A stretch of 64,000 nt of DNA from contig NC_058368.1 of NCBI RefSeq assembly GCF_018350175.1, positions 122,886,001-122,950,000 on the forward strand, given 5' to 3'. Each line of letters opens with the position of its first letter. Positions within the stretch are counted from its first letter, which is position 1. The stretch comes from Felis catus. Lineage: Eukaryota. The notes below the pieces were generated by a model, which saw only the letters and a program-made list of their open reading frames with translations, was not told where the DNA came from and searched no databases. Position numbers and translations under genes: made by a program. This document shows, piece after piece, positions 1 through 12,375 of this stretch.

Positions 1-795
1 TGAAAATGGACCACTTTCTAATACCATATGCAAAAATAAACTCAAAACAGATAAAAGACCTAAATGTGAAACCTGAAACCATAAAAATCCTATTAGAGAG
101 CACAGGCAGTAATGTCTCTGACATCAACCACACCAACATTTTTCAAGATATGTCTACTAAGGCAAGAGAAACAAGAACAAAAGTAAACTATTGGGCAACA
201 TCAAAATTAAAAGCTTTTGCACAGTGAAGAGAACCAAAAGACAATATACTAAATGGGAAAAGATATTTGTAAATGACATACCCAAAATATATAAAGAGCT
301 TACACAATTCAACACCGAAACCCCAAGCAATCCAATTAAAAAATGACGAGAGCCTGGATAGACATTTTTCCAGAGAAGACATACAGATAGCCAACAGACA
401 CATGAAAAGATGCTTAAAATCATTAATTATAAGGAAAATGCAAATCAAACCCACAATGAGTTATCACCTCACACCTGTTAGATTGGCTAAAATCAAGAAG
501 ACAAAAAACAACAAATATTGGTAAAGATGTGGAAAAAAGGAATCCTCGTGCACTAATGATGAGAATGTAAATTGGCACAGCCACTCTGGAAAACAGTATG
601 GAAGTTCCTTAAAAACTTAAAAATAGAAATATTATATGATCCAATAATTCCACTATTGGGTATATAGCCAGGGAAAATGAAAACATTAATTCAAAAAGAT
701 ATATGTGCCCCCATATTTATTGCAGCGTTATCAACAATAGTCAAGACATGGAAGCAACCTAAAGGTCCATCAATAGATGAATAGATAAGGAAAAT

Positions 796-838
<43 letters not shown>

Positions 839-1330
839 AATATTACATAGCTATAACAAGGATGAAATCGTGCCATTTGAGGCAACATGAACGGGACTAG
901 AAGCTACTATGCTAAGTGAAATAAGTCAGACTAAAAAAGACAGATACCATATGATTCCCTTCATAAATGGGATCTAAAAAAATGAACAAACAAACAAAAA
1001 GCAGAATCAGAACCATAAATACAGAAAACAAATTGACAGTTGCCAGAAGGGAGGGAAGGAGTGGAGTTCGGGCAAAATGGGAGAAGGGGAGAAGGCGATC
1101 CAGGCCTCCAGTGATGGAATGAGTAAGTCATGGGAATAAAAAGCAGAACATAAGGAATAGAGTCAGTAATACTATAATAGAGATGTAATGGGACAGACAG
1201 TAGGTATACTTTTGGTGAACATAGCATAATGTAAAAATCTGTCAAATCACTAAGGTGTACATCTGAAATTAATGTAACACTGGGTGTCAACTATATTCAA
1301 GAATAATAATAAATCAAATAATAAAATAAT
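1..1330 (+). mobile_element. Degenerate carnivore L1 3' portion (ORF2 C-terminus + 3' UTR + A-rich tail), runs off the left edge
   Basis: ORF fragments DHFLIPYAKINSKQIKDLNVKPETIK and [19 protein letters not shown]...[13 protein letters not shown] match L1 ORF2; multiple stops; A-rich tail at ~1300-1330. Confidence 0.93.
800..836. repeat. (TA)n microsatellite inside L1
   Basis: Direct reading. Confidence 0.95.
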
Positions 1331-1814
1331 CGGAGGGAAAAAAAGAATTGGGTTTTCTAGTTCATTTAACTTCCTAAATAATTAAAAGTGAATTTTTGTT
1401 TCAATCATTGCCAAGAACATTTGAGAAAGATTAATCCATTTGTTTTATAAAACATTAGCTACTAAGGAATATTTTAGAGTTCATTTTATCAAAACTCTGG
1501 ATTTTGAAGATTTCTGATATTGAGTATTTATAGATATCTTTCACACATATTTTGTGTGAGCCCTATATTGTTTCAATGTTAAAATACTGGGAATATTCAG
1601 GTAACTGGTAGCAGTTTAGGAAATTTAAGGTTAATACTTCACACATACTCCATACTGAGTATTATTGTTTCCCAACTGAGTTCCCAAGGGAAAAGAGTTT
1701 CCTAGAAGAGACACTTCATGTGATAGGGAGAGATTTGTAGTGTCCCAAGTTACTATTATTACATGAGATAAATGATTTGTAAGACTAAGTGATCACATAC
1801 CTCTTTTACTACAG

Positions 1815-1861
1815 AGAAGTAGTACAGAAGTAGTTCAGAAGTAGTACAGAAGAAGTACAGA
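1815..1861. repeat. 11-bp tandem repeat (AGAAGTAGTAC) x~4
   Basis: agaagtagtac agaagtagttc agaagtagtac agaagaagtac. Confidence 0.85.
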
Positions 1862-2240
1862 TGGGCATTTGTCCTTATAGGTAAGTTATTTGCTGACTGT
1901 CTATCTGACGTCAGACCCAGTAATCTCCACTAAAGAACATAAATTTAGAGAAAAAAGCCAAAATATTTCCAGAAATATTTATTGTAAGAGAAATTTTGCA
2001 TGCTGTATTTAATTTTAATTTCTTATATTTAAGTACTGCCTGATATTTCAGAATGAAGATACTACCCACTTTAGTGTCAAAATATCTCCTTAATAAAATT
2101 AATTTAGAATTGAATCATATGATTATCACTATGGTTTTTCTCTGTGTCCTGTCCTAGCCTTGCTGTAACTCTGCTCTTTTGGTGCTATAAATAAGGATTA
2201 TAAATAAAGAAGGATGTAACTTTTTATTTTGTCATTTTTA

Positions 2241-2452
2241 TTCTTTTAAATTTTTTTAATGTTTTTTTATTTTTGAGAGAGACAGAGAAAGGGGGGGAGG
2301 GGCAGAGAGAGTGGGAGACACAGAATCCGAAGCAGGATCCAGGCTCTGAGCTGTCAGCACAGAGCCTGATGCATGTCTTGAACTCACAGACCATGAGATC
2401 ATGACCTGAGCCGAAGTTGGACGCCCAACTGACTAAAGTCCCCAGGCGCCCC
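2241..2452 (-). mobile_element. CanSINE (tRNA-derived SINE)
   Basis: Head GGGGCGCCTGGG on minus strand, CT-rich body, A tail; TSD TTATTTTGTCATTTTTA at 2224-2240 and 2454-2470. Confidence 0.95.
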
Positions 2453-3059
2453 ATTATTTTGTCATTTTTAGACCAACACATTCAAGTACTTTTTTCTAGA
2501 GACAGGGAGAAATTAAGAAGAAAGAACTCACTAACAAATCGCACTGAGACTTTAATTTCCCTTAACTGAGACGGCAATGATATAAATTTAGAACTGAAGT
2601 CCTCAAAGGTGGGAAATGTTACACCGAGCAGGATATTCCCATGATTCTTTTACTTTTGTAATCTTTAAAGTGTGTATTATGACCAAGAATGCATTTAAGC
2701 TGTGATAGACTTAGATTTAGCTATTTAAAATATTATACAGGAATTGGTTTCAATAGCTACTGACTGGTTTTAAGGTTCTGCTTGTAAAACATGTTTATTC
2801 TTCTACTGGAAAATAACATTCTCATTAAAGAGAGCCAGAATTCTTGATTAATTAATGTGAGTGACTTACATGTCTCAGTTAATACAAGTGTCTTATTGAG
2901 CACATACATATAAATACGCTTTTTCTTCCCAAAATGTAAACATAATGAGTTTAAGCAGCAATGCCTTGAAGACAAGAGAAATTTAAGTTGTGCATTTTGT
3001 AAGAAAATTCAAGGTATGGAAATTCAATGTATAGGTCAGGAAATTACTGGATGAAGTTG

Positions 3060-3235
3060 TTGATTAAGAACTTGGGCACTGGAGTAAAAATAATCAGGAT
3101 CAAACATTGGCTTTGCCACTTCCCAGATGTGTGACTTTGAGCCAGTTACTTTTCTAAGTTTAAATCTTCACATCAGAAAGAGTGTCAACTACCTTCCATG
3201 ACTGTTACTAAGATTGAATGCAATCATGAGATGAT
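3060..3235 (+). mobile_element. MIR fragment
   Basis: MIR core-like ggctttgccacttcccagatgtgtgactttgagccagttact. Confidence 0.65.
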
Positions 3236-4195
3236 CATAAGTAGAAGAGTGTTAATGCTAATCTTCTAACTAAGGTCAAATAGAGGATAAATGCTACAAA
3301 CCAAAGAGAGATTCCAGACCAAAAAATAAGTGCTCATGTCTGTCCTGAGAACAGTTTTATGACCTCTGGGTCTTTATCCAAGGATCTTAAAACAAGGGGT
3401 AGGATATAAAATGTCTGAAGGTGGAAATAAGGAGGGTTTTGTTTAGTTGATTTTGGAAAACAGGCTTCAAAGGATGGTACGTCGTCACACCTGCTCCCTA
3501 ACCCTCCCCAAAAGGGAAGGGGTGAGGGAGGGCCATTCCTCTCCACCGAAGCCTAGTGAGGACCTTTAATGTGACCACTGGGAGACCTTGATATGGTCTC
3601 CCAGAACTTTGGAGGCAATGGACTTGAGTCTGACTCCCCCCAAGGAAATGTGGAGGGAAGCAAAGTCTGGTGAGCTGCTTTTCTAGAAGAGTGGAGAGAG
3701 TTCCTACTGTAACAGCAGTCTCTCTAACAGCAGATCAAAGAATATGTGAGTTTACACTCAAGTTTAAGTCACAAGAGAGGAAAGTTGGCCAAGGGCTGTT
3801 TTTACTTACACCTAGAAGAACCACCTGGAAGGGGCAATGGAACTCCAATCGTGAGAGTCCATATGTGGGTCCTTCCAGACAACCAGCAGTGGAGTGAGGG
3901 GGTGGCCAACCAAAGGAGCGACACTGCCTGGTTCATGAGAGTAACAGCTCCAGAGGCCCAAAGAAGAGCCTCTGAAGAATCCTCAAAAAATGTCCACAAG
4001 GCAAAAGAGTAAGCTTTGAACACTTTTCTCTTGTGGAAAAAAAGAAAAATATCCATGAGAGAAGAGAACAGAAACCATTTTGAAACCATATCAGTTCAAG
4101 TGAAATCAACTTCTATATGCTCCTCCTTTGCCCTTTCATTTTCTGAAACTTCAACAACAGAGGAGCTGGTGGGTGAGAAAAAGACAAGAACATCC

Positions 4196-4196
<1 letters not shown>

Positions 4197-4249
<53 letters not shown>
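4197..4249. repeat. (CA)n microsatellite
   Basis: Direct reading. Confidence 0.97.
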
Positions 4250-4253
<4 letters not shown>

Positions 4254-4828
4254 CAAGAGGCTAGACTTCACTGTGGGTGGAAGAAAATCCAACATTAAAT
4301 CAACTTCAGAGTCCTGATCATCCTCTGGGAATAGACAGCCTAATTCCTAAAATGAGACTATCTGTGATTTTAAAAAATTGCAGGACTTTCTATCTACTAA
4401 AACTGGCCAGAAAATTCACAGCCCCTGCCCATTTTCTGTCCAGGGTCATAGAAAGACTATGTCTAGTAGGTAAATTTTAAAGGAATAAAAAATAAAAATA
4501 AAGTTTTGAGTATGTTCCATGAGCTATACTTGTGCAAAGCATAACTGGTTATAGGTATAAATACCTCTCTCTCTTTTTGTAATTCACTGGAAAACATTTT
4601 ACTGCACACTAGACTCTTATCCATACAATTATATGGTGGTTTTTCATGAGTCACACTCATAATGGCACGATGGAAGAGGTGTGCTTATACACATAGTGCA
4701 GCACAATGTTATATAAGGGCAAATAATATGCAAAGTGGAAATGTAGGTAGCACTAAGATATATTAGCTAATTATAGATTCAGAATGCAAGAAACACATTA
4801 ACCTCTCAGATATAAAGAAAAAATTAAG

Positions 4829-5033
4829 GAGGCACCTGGGTGGCTCAGTGGGTTTGAGCGACCGACTCTTGATTTCAGCTCAGGTCATGATCTCAAAGTC
4901 ATGGATTGAGCCCCAAATCGGGCTCCACACTGACAGCACAGAGCCTGCTTGGGATTCTCTCTCTCCCTCTCTTTCTGCCCCTTCCCCTCTAGTGTGCTCT
5001 CTTTAAAATTAAATAAACACTTAAAAAAAAAAA
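4829..5033 (+). mobile_element. CanSINE
   Basis: ggcacctgggtggctcag head, ctcaggtcatgatctc, CT tract, aataaa + poly(A). Confidence 0.93.
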
Positions 5034-7360
5034 GTCTGCAGCCCAGAAATCCTGGTTTATTATTGAAAAAAGAAAGTAAAAGGAAAACTTAAGGACTGAT
5101 TGCTATTACACACATAAAAAAATACATTTTTTATCAGTGCATCGTGAAGCCCAAATGAACATTGCTGGGGGAGGGGAGAGGCTTGGGGAGCTAACAACCA
5201 TGGCAGCTCTAACAAGCAGGTCTCATTACAGACTTGTTTCTAAGGACAGAGCCACCTTCATGAAATCTCTTTTTTCTGCTAGTTGACTTTCAACTTTTCC
5301 CATGCTGGAACCTGGTAGTTGTCCCAATGAACCTTCTCTGCAATGCCAAGTGTTTCTCCACTGGTGCTCAGCATGCCTGCATTTCCAAAAATATTTAGAC
5401 ATCTTAGAAGTAGTATGGGATAGTCACAATAATCCTGAAATCTTTGTCTTGCAGGCCCTTCTCTCATCTTCCAGGAACCCCTGGTATAATAAACAGGCTA
5501 AAACTAAAGCTCCAATATCAGGTTCCCCACCTCCCACCCCCCACTATCAGAATTCGGCACGGTGACTGCTGCTACAGATGGACTTGATAAATGACAGCTG
5601 GGCAAAAAAAAAAATGTGTCATTATCATTGCTGCAACCCCCTCCCGAAGAGCAAACCTCACATACAGGACTGGTGAAGAACACTGTCTCCACAATGGGCT
5701 GTGGGGTTTCTTTTATGTGGGTAACACTGTAATATCATCATAAATCACCAGAATTGGAAGGTCCAATGAGGGGCTTTGCTGCAGCTCCTCATGGTATCCT
5801 ACACAACGGACTGACTCTTCACATGGGTCACCTTCTTAAGATGGTGTTGATCAGTACAGAGTCCTGTCTATTCAGGCCTGGAAGTACATTCCAGATACAT
5901 CTTGCTGAAAAAAAAATTAACTAAAATACAAACATGTTAAGCTAAGTTAGTTATAGGGATATCACTACACGACATTTTTTTTTTACCTTACCTAAATACT
6001 AAAGTAATTTTAGTACTTTCTCCAAATGTAAATTAAAAACATTTGCATAGAGTATATTTTAAATAATTCTGATGAGAACTACATTGCAAAAAACTTAAGA
6101 CATATAATTTTCAAAAAATACACCTTTTCAAGCTTTTGAATGTGAATGTCAAAATGTTACCTCTTAGAGATAGCATTGTAGGTGGCATTTATTATGTGCC
6201 TATTCTTTAAAATTTTATTACTTCATTTTCTAAGTTTTCTAAAATGAACCCATATAACTTGTTTAATACATAAGAAGGTAAAAATTATAAATATAAGTAC
6301 ACACAATTTTTTCTTCCTAGAAGCAGGGAATTTTGCTTAATTCACAAGCAAATTAAGAAATCTTTGTTTTATTTTATGTGTCCATAAAAGTTGGTAATAT
6401 ATTTGTTATTTTATGAAAGAAAATACTTTGAAAGGCAACTGATAGAGATAGGCAATATTCAGTCTAGATTTTAACTTAAAGGCAAATAATTTTTCTTTAC
6501 TCAAGAAATTCGCAAGAAAGCATTTTCTTTCTAGCTTCAGGGAAAGCTTGTGAACTGTAATTAAGTACTGAATTAACGCTACTAGTTTAGAATTAATAGT
6601 ACAATCAATATCTGAGCCGGAATGAAATGTGAGCATGGGCATCAGCAAAATGGCTGAAAAGAAAGAGAATTCAAGACAAATTCCATTTGCTGTTCCAGGT
6701 CACCTAACCTTAACAATCAAGGTGATAATAGTATTAATATTAACCAGATTAGAAAAGGTTCAGCTCAAGATTTCATTTGAACACACATGTGCATGCACAC
6801 ACACACACAGGCACACAATATTAAAAGACAACAGCTCTGCCACATTATCAAACCATACTGCCAAACGGCATATTGTTACTTTGATATTGGATCATCTGGA
6901 ACCTCGTTTTTTTGTTCCCCACAAGCCATGTGGACCACATATATTTACATATATTTACAAATATATATTTACATATATATTACATTAAAATTACTTTTAG
7001 TAATTTTTTTGCCAACCTTTGGTGGGATTACAGCATGTTTATTAAGATAACTAAAGCCCCCTGAGCTGTCACAAAAGCAGGGCTAGCAAATACTGACCTA
7101 TTGGCACAAATGTGCATATTATACCCTGATGCTTGTTTACTCGATGCAACTAAGATACAGCTCCCTCTCAATCCTGCCTCCCAGGATCATGCCCTCTGAG
7201 ATCCTGCCCTCTTCTTAAGTCAACTCATTCTTGAGCTCTTCTGTGGCAAGGAATAAGTTTATTTTCATTTATTCATTCCTTTATTTATTCAACACCTATT
7301 TGTTGAAATCCCAAAATTTGTATGGAATCATAAAAGACCCCAAATAGCCAAAGCAATCTT

Positions 7361-9744
7361 TTTTTTTTTTTATAATTTTTTTTCCAGGTTTTCTCCAGTG
7401 ACTACCAATTGCTGTATTAATCAAAGATCTTAAAATATACAGGAGGATAAAGGTTGTCAGAGAATTTTTTCTTGATTATTCAAATGCTAAATTAGCCAAG
7501 TTAATTTTATCCTTTATTTTAAATATTTCTTCCATATTTAAAATATTTCAAATATTTTGATTATGAGTTATTTAAATCACTATTTTCTTTTTTTTTTTTT
7601 GCTTTTTATTTTTTTTATTTATTTTTTATATATGAAATTTATTGACAAATTGGTTTCCATACAACACCCAGTGCTCATCCCAAAAGGTGCCCTCCTCAAT
7701 ACCCATCACCCACCCTCTCCTCCCTCCCACCCCCCATCAACCCTCAGTTTGTTCTCAGTTTTTAACAGTCTCTTATGCTTTGGCTCTCTCCCACTCTAAC
7801 CTCTTTTTTTTTTTTTCTTTTTTTTTTTTTCCTTCCCCTCCCCCATGGGTTCCTGTTAAGTTTCTCAGGATCCACATAAGAGTGAAACCATATGGTATCT
7901 GTCTTTCTCTGTATGGCTTATTTCACTTAGCATCACACTCTCCAGTTCCATCCACGTTGCTACAAAAGGCCATATTTCATTTTTTCTCATTGCCACGTAA
8001 TATTCCATTGTGTATATAAACCACAATTTCTTTATCCATTCATCAGTTGATGGACATTTAGGCTCTTTCCATAATTTGGCTATTGTTGAGAGTGCTGCTA
8101 TGAACATTGGGGTACAAGTGGCCCTATGCATCAGTACTCCTATATCCCTTGGATAAATTCCTAGCAGTGCTATTGCTGGGTCATAGGGTAGGTCTATTTT
8201 TAATTTTCTGAGGAACCTCCACACTGCTTTCCAGAGTGGCTGCACCAATTTGCATTCCCACCAACAGTGCAAGAGGGTTCCCGTTTCCACATCCTCTCCA
8301 GCATCTAGAGTCTCCTGATTTGTTCATTTTGGCCACTCTGACTGGTGTGAGGTGATACCTGAGTGTGGTTTTGATTTGTATTTCCCTGATAAGGAGCGAC
8401 GCTGAATATCTTTTCATGTGCCTGTTGGCCATCCAGATGTCTTCTTTAGAGAAGTGTCTATTCATGTTTTCTGCCCATTTCTTCACTGGATTATTTGTTT
8501 TTCGGGTGTGGAGTTTGGTGAGCTCTTTATAGATTTTGGATACTAGCCCTTTGTCCGATATGTCATTTGCGAATATCTTTTCCCATTCCGTTGGTTGCCT
8601 TTTAGTTTTGTTGGTTGTTTCCTTTGCTGTGCAGAAGCTTTTTATCTTCATAAGGTCCCAGTAATTCACTTTTGCTTTTAATTCCCTTGCCTTTGGGGAT
8701 GTGTCGAATAAGAGATTGCTACGGCTGAGGTCAGAGAGGTCTTTTCCTGCTTTCTCCTCTAAGGTTTTGATGGTTTCCTGTCTCACATTTAGGTCCTTTA
8801 TCCATTTTGAGTTTATTTTTGTGAATGGTGTGAGAAAGTGGTCTAGTTTCAACCTTCTGCATGTTGCTGTCCAGCTCTCCCAGCACCGTTTGTTAAAGAG
8901 GCTGTCTTTTTTCCATTGGATGTTCTTTCCTGCTTTGTCAAAGATGAGTTGGCCATACGTTTGTGGGTCTAGTTCTGGGGTTTCTATTCTATTCCATTGG
9001 TCTATGTGTCTGTTTTTGTGCCAATACCATGCTGTCTTGATGATGACAGCTTTGTAGTAGAGGCTAAAGTCTGGGATTGTGATGCCTCCTGCTTTGGTCT
9101 TCTTCTTCAAAATTCCTTTGGCTATTCGGGGCCTTTGTGGTTCCATATGAATTTTAGGATTGCTTGTTGTAGTTTCGAGAAGAATGCTGGTGCAATTTTG
9201 ATTGGGATTGCATTGAATGTGTAGATAGCTTTGGGTAGTATTGACATTTTGACAATATTTATTTTTCCAATCCATGAGCAGGGAATGTCTTTCCATTTCT
9301 TTAAATCTTCTTCAATTTCCTTCATAAGCTTTCTATAGTTTTCAGCATACAGATCCTTTACATCTTTGGTTAGATTTATTCCTAGGTATTTTATGCTTCT
9401 TGGTGCAATTGTGAATGGGATCAGTCTATCGGATTTTCCATGTATAATATCATGTCATCTGCAAAAAGCGAAAGCTTGACTTCATCTTTGCCAATTTTGA
9501 TGCCTTTGATTTCCTTTTGTTGTCTGATTGCTGATGCTAGAACTTCCAGCACTATGTTAAACAGCAGCGGTGAGAGTGGGCATCCTTGTCGTGTTCCTGA
9601 TCTCAGGGAAAAAGCTCTCAGTTTTTCCCCGTTGAGGATGATGTTAGCTGTGGGCTTTTCATAGATGGCTTTTATGATCTTTAAGTATGTTCCTTCTATC
9701 CCAACTTTCTCAAGAGTTTTTATTAAGAAAGGGTGCTGGATTTT
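7361..9744 (-). mobile_element. Young felid L1 (L1_Fc-like), 5'-truncated in the RT domain, with 3' transduction
   Basis: ORFs 9421-9756 ([21 protein letters not shown]...LFADDMILY), 9122-9325, 8181-9296 and 7865-8290 tile ORF2 with frameshifts near 9131 and 8285; 3' UTR 7625-7864; TSD TAGCCAAAGCAATCTT at 7345-7360 and 9745-9760. Confidence 0.96.
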
Positions 9745-10002
9745 TAGCCAAAGCAATCTTGAGAAAAAAGAACAAAGCTGGAGGTGTCACACTCTCTGTT
9801 TTCAAATACACCACAAAGCTATAATAATTGAAACAGTATGGTACTGGAACAAAAAGAGCATAGATCAGTGGAACAGAATGCAATCCAGAAATAAACCCAC
9901 ACATTTATGGTCAATTCATGTATGACAAAGGAGGCAAGAATATACAAAGGGGAAAAGACAGTTTCTTCAACAACTGCTATCAGGAAACTGGACAGCTACA
10001 TG

Positions 10003-10035
<33 letters not shown>

Positions 10036-10238
10036 AACTGGACCACTATCTTATACCACACAAAAAAATAAACTAAAAATGGAATAAAGGCTTAAATGCA
10101 AGAACAGAAACCATTAACCTCCTAGAAGAAAACAGGCAGTAAGATCTTTGACGTCAGTCTCAGAAATATATATATTTTGAATCTGCCTCCTCAGGCAAGG
10201 GCAATAAAAGCAAAAACAAACAACTGGAACTACTAAAC

Positions 10239-10327
10239 TGTGAACTGTAAATAAGTATGGAATTAAACTACTGAATTAAAACTACTGAATTAAAACTACT
10301 GAATTAAGTACTGAATTAAAACTACTA
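10239..10327. repeat. 14-bp tandem repeat (GAATTAAAACTACT) array inserted in L1
   Basis: 4-5 imperfect units between L1-like ggaactac and actaaaaagtttttgcacag. Confidence 0.9.
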
Positions 10328-11435
10328 AAAAGTTTTTGCACAGTGAAGGAAACCATCAAAAAAGTGAGAAGGCAACAGACTGAATGGGAGATAATATTTG
10401 CAAATGATATATCTGGTAAGGGGTTAATATCCAAAATACATAAAGAACTTACACAACTCAATATAAAAACAAACAAACAAACAAAAACTTATTCAATTAA
10501 AAAATAGGCAGAGGACCTGAATAGACATCTCTCCTAAGAAAATACACAGATGGCCCAAAAGACACAAGAAAAAATGCTCACCAACACTAATCATCAGGGA
10601 AATGCAAATCAAAACTACAATGAGCTATCATATCTGTCAGAATGGGTACTATCAAAAAGACAAGAAATAACAAATGTTGGCAAGGAAGTAGAGAAATGGG
10701 AACTCTCATGTACTATTGGTGGGAATGAAAATTGGTACAACCACTCTGGAAAACACTATGGAGTTTCCTCAAAAATTAAAAATAGAACAATCATACAATC
10801 CACCAATTCTACTTCTGGGTATTTATTCAAAGAAAATGAAAACACTAATTTCAAAAGATATAATGCAGCTCTAAGTTCATGGCAGCTGTATTTACAACAA
10901 CTGAGATATGGAAGCATCCCCAATGTCCATCAACAGATGAATGGATAAAGAAGATATGGTATATACATACAATGGCATATTACTCAGCATTACTCATAAA
11001 AAAGAATGAGATCTTGCCATTTGCAACCAAACAGATGGACCTACATGGTATTATGCTAAGTAAAATAAGTCAGACAGAGAAACAGAAATACCCCATGATT
11101 TCACTTATATGTGGAATCTGAAAAACAAAACAACTTAACAAAACAGAAACATACTCATGTATGTGTGATGTGTGAAATAGGTAGATGTGTGAAATAGGTA
11201 AAAGGGATTAAAAGGTACAACCTTCCAGTTATAAAATAAGTAAACCATGGAAATATAATGTACAGCATAGGGAATGCTGCTGTCAGTAATATTCTAACAG
11301 TGTATGGAGACAGATGGTAGCTAGACTTCTGTTGGTCATCACTCAGTAAGGTACCTAAATGTTCAATCATTAAGTTGTACATCTGAAACTAACATACTAT
11401 TGTGTGTCAGATATACTCCAACAAGAAAAAAAAAA

Positions 11436-11700
11436 TACTTATTGGATATTTACTATGTGCCCAGTGGAAGGGAAACAAAAAATGAAGTATGGCTTCCATG
11501 GAATTTACAGTCTTGTAAAAAAAAGGACAGACACATAGTAACACAACAAAAATAAGCATGCAGTATGGCGAGTGGTGATAAGTGCTAAGTAGAAATAGTG
11601 AAGCAGGATAAGGGATAGAGAAATGAGGGTTTATTTATGCAGCATGGGCAAGAACGTGTGTTGGTGGTGCTCAATAAATGCCTGTTGAATGAGTGAGTGC
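11436..11700. mobile_element. L2 fragments (both orientations)
   Basis: tatttactatgtgcccag...catggaatttacagtct (minus-type) and gtgctcaataaatgcctgttgaatgagtgag (plus 3' end). Confidence 0.6.
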
Positions 11701-12189
11701 AACTATACACGATTTTGTATCTGTTCAGTTAGTTGGTCCTTCAAGAAGTGATGTCCTGAACTTAGCTCTGTTATCCTTTCTCCCAGGTGTTTTCATCTTA
11801 ACTTTTTGAATTGTTTATCACGCTTACACTATTTTTATGTTAAGAGTAAATTAATTATTGAAATATAAATATTAATGGCTTAGAAAAATGTCTAGCACAA
11901 TGCTTGGCATATAGTAGGTATACTAAAAGGCTGATTGACTTATAACAGTGAAAACCTGAAATGGGACTGAATTTTGACTCTCCCTCTGAAATCCCACACA
12001 CTATCCCAACTCTTCGTGTTTAGCTTTCTCCGTGAAAAACCTTTCAGATAATAATTGTAACCATTAGTGACCTTACCAGATAAGGTCAGGTTTATCTCTG
12101 TGATAAACCTTTCAAACAATAATTGTAACCATTATTGAGTTCTTACCCTGATAAATAAATGAGTTGTTGTGTTAAGTCTTTAGATTATC

Positions 12190-12375
12190 ATCTTGAGAAT
12201 CCTCATAGCAACATTATGAGGGAATCACTCAATGATCCTTTTTGTGTATGGATAAGGAAACATGCTCAGAGAGGTTAGGTGACCCACTCTGCATCACACA
12301 GCTAATATGAGGTATGAAAGGTTTAGAGCCAAGGCTATCTGATTTGAGCTGAGCCAGCGTTCATCACTCTCACAT
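12190..12375 (-). mobile_element. MIR
   Basis: gataaggaaacatgctcagagaggttaggtgac...catcacacagcta. Confidence 0.7.

Larger units (their letters stand above)
7300..11435 (+). mobile_element. Older L1 (ORF2 3' part + 3' UTR), split by a younger antisense L1 at 7361-9744
   Basis: aaatttgtatggaatcataaaagaccccaaatagccaaagcaatctt (to 7360) continues as agccaaagcaatcttgagaaaaaagaacaaagctggagg (9746 on); later PQCPSTDEWIKKIWYIHTM...EILPFAT; A tail at ~11425-11435. Confidence 0.92.

Noticed and set aside
8181..9296. 371-aa ORF as a functional gene
   Set aside because: Fragment of a 5'-truncated, frameshifted and internally deleted L1 ORF2; no promoter, ORF1 or endonuclease domain.
10260..10327. Short direct repeats as a CRISPR-like array
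   Set aside because: Head-to-tail 14-mers with no spacers, in mammalian DNA with no cas genes.
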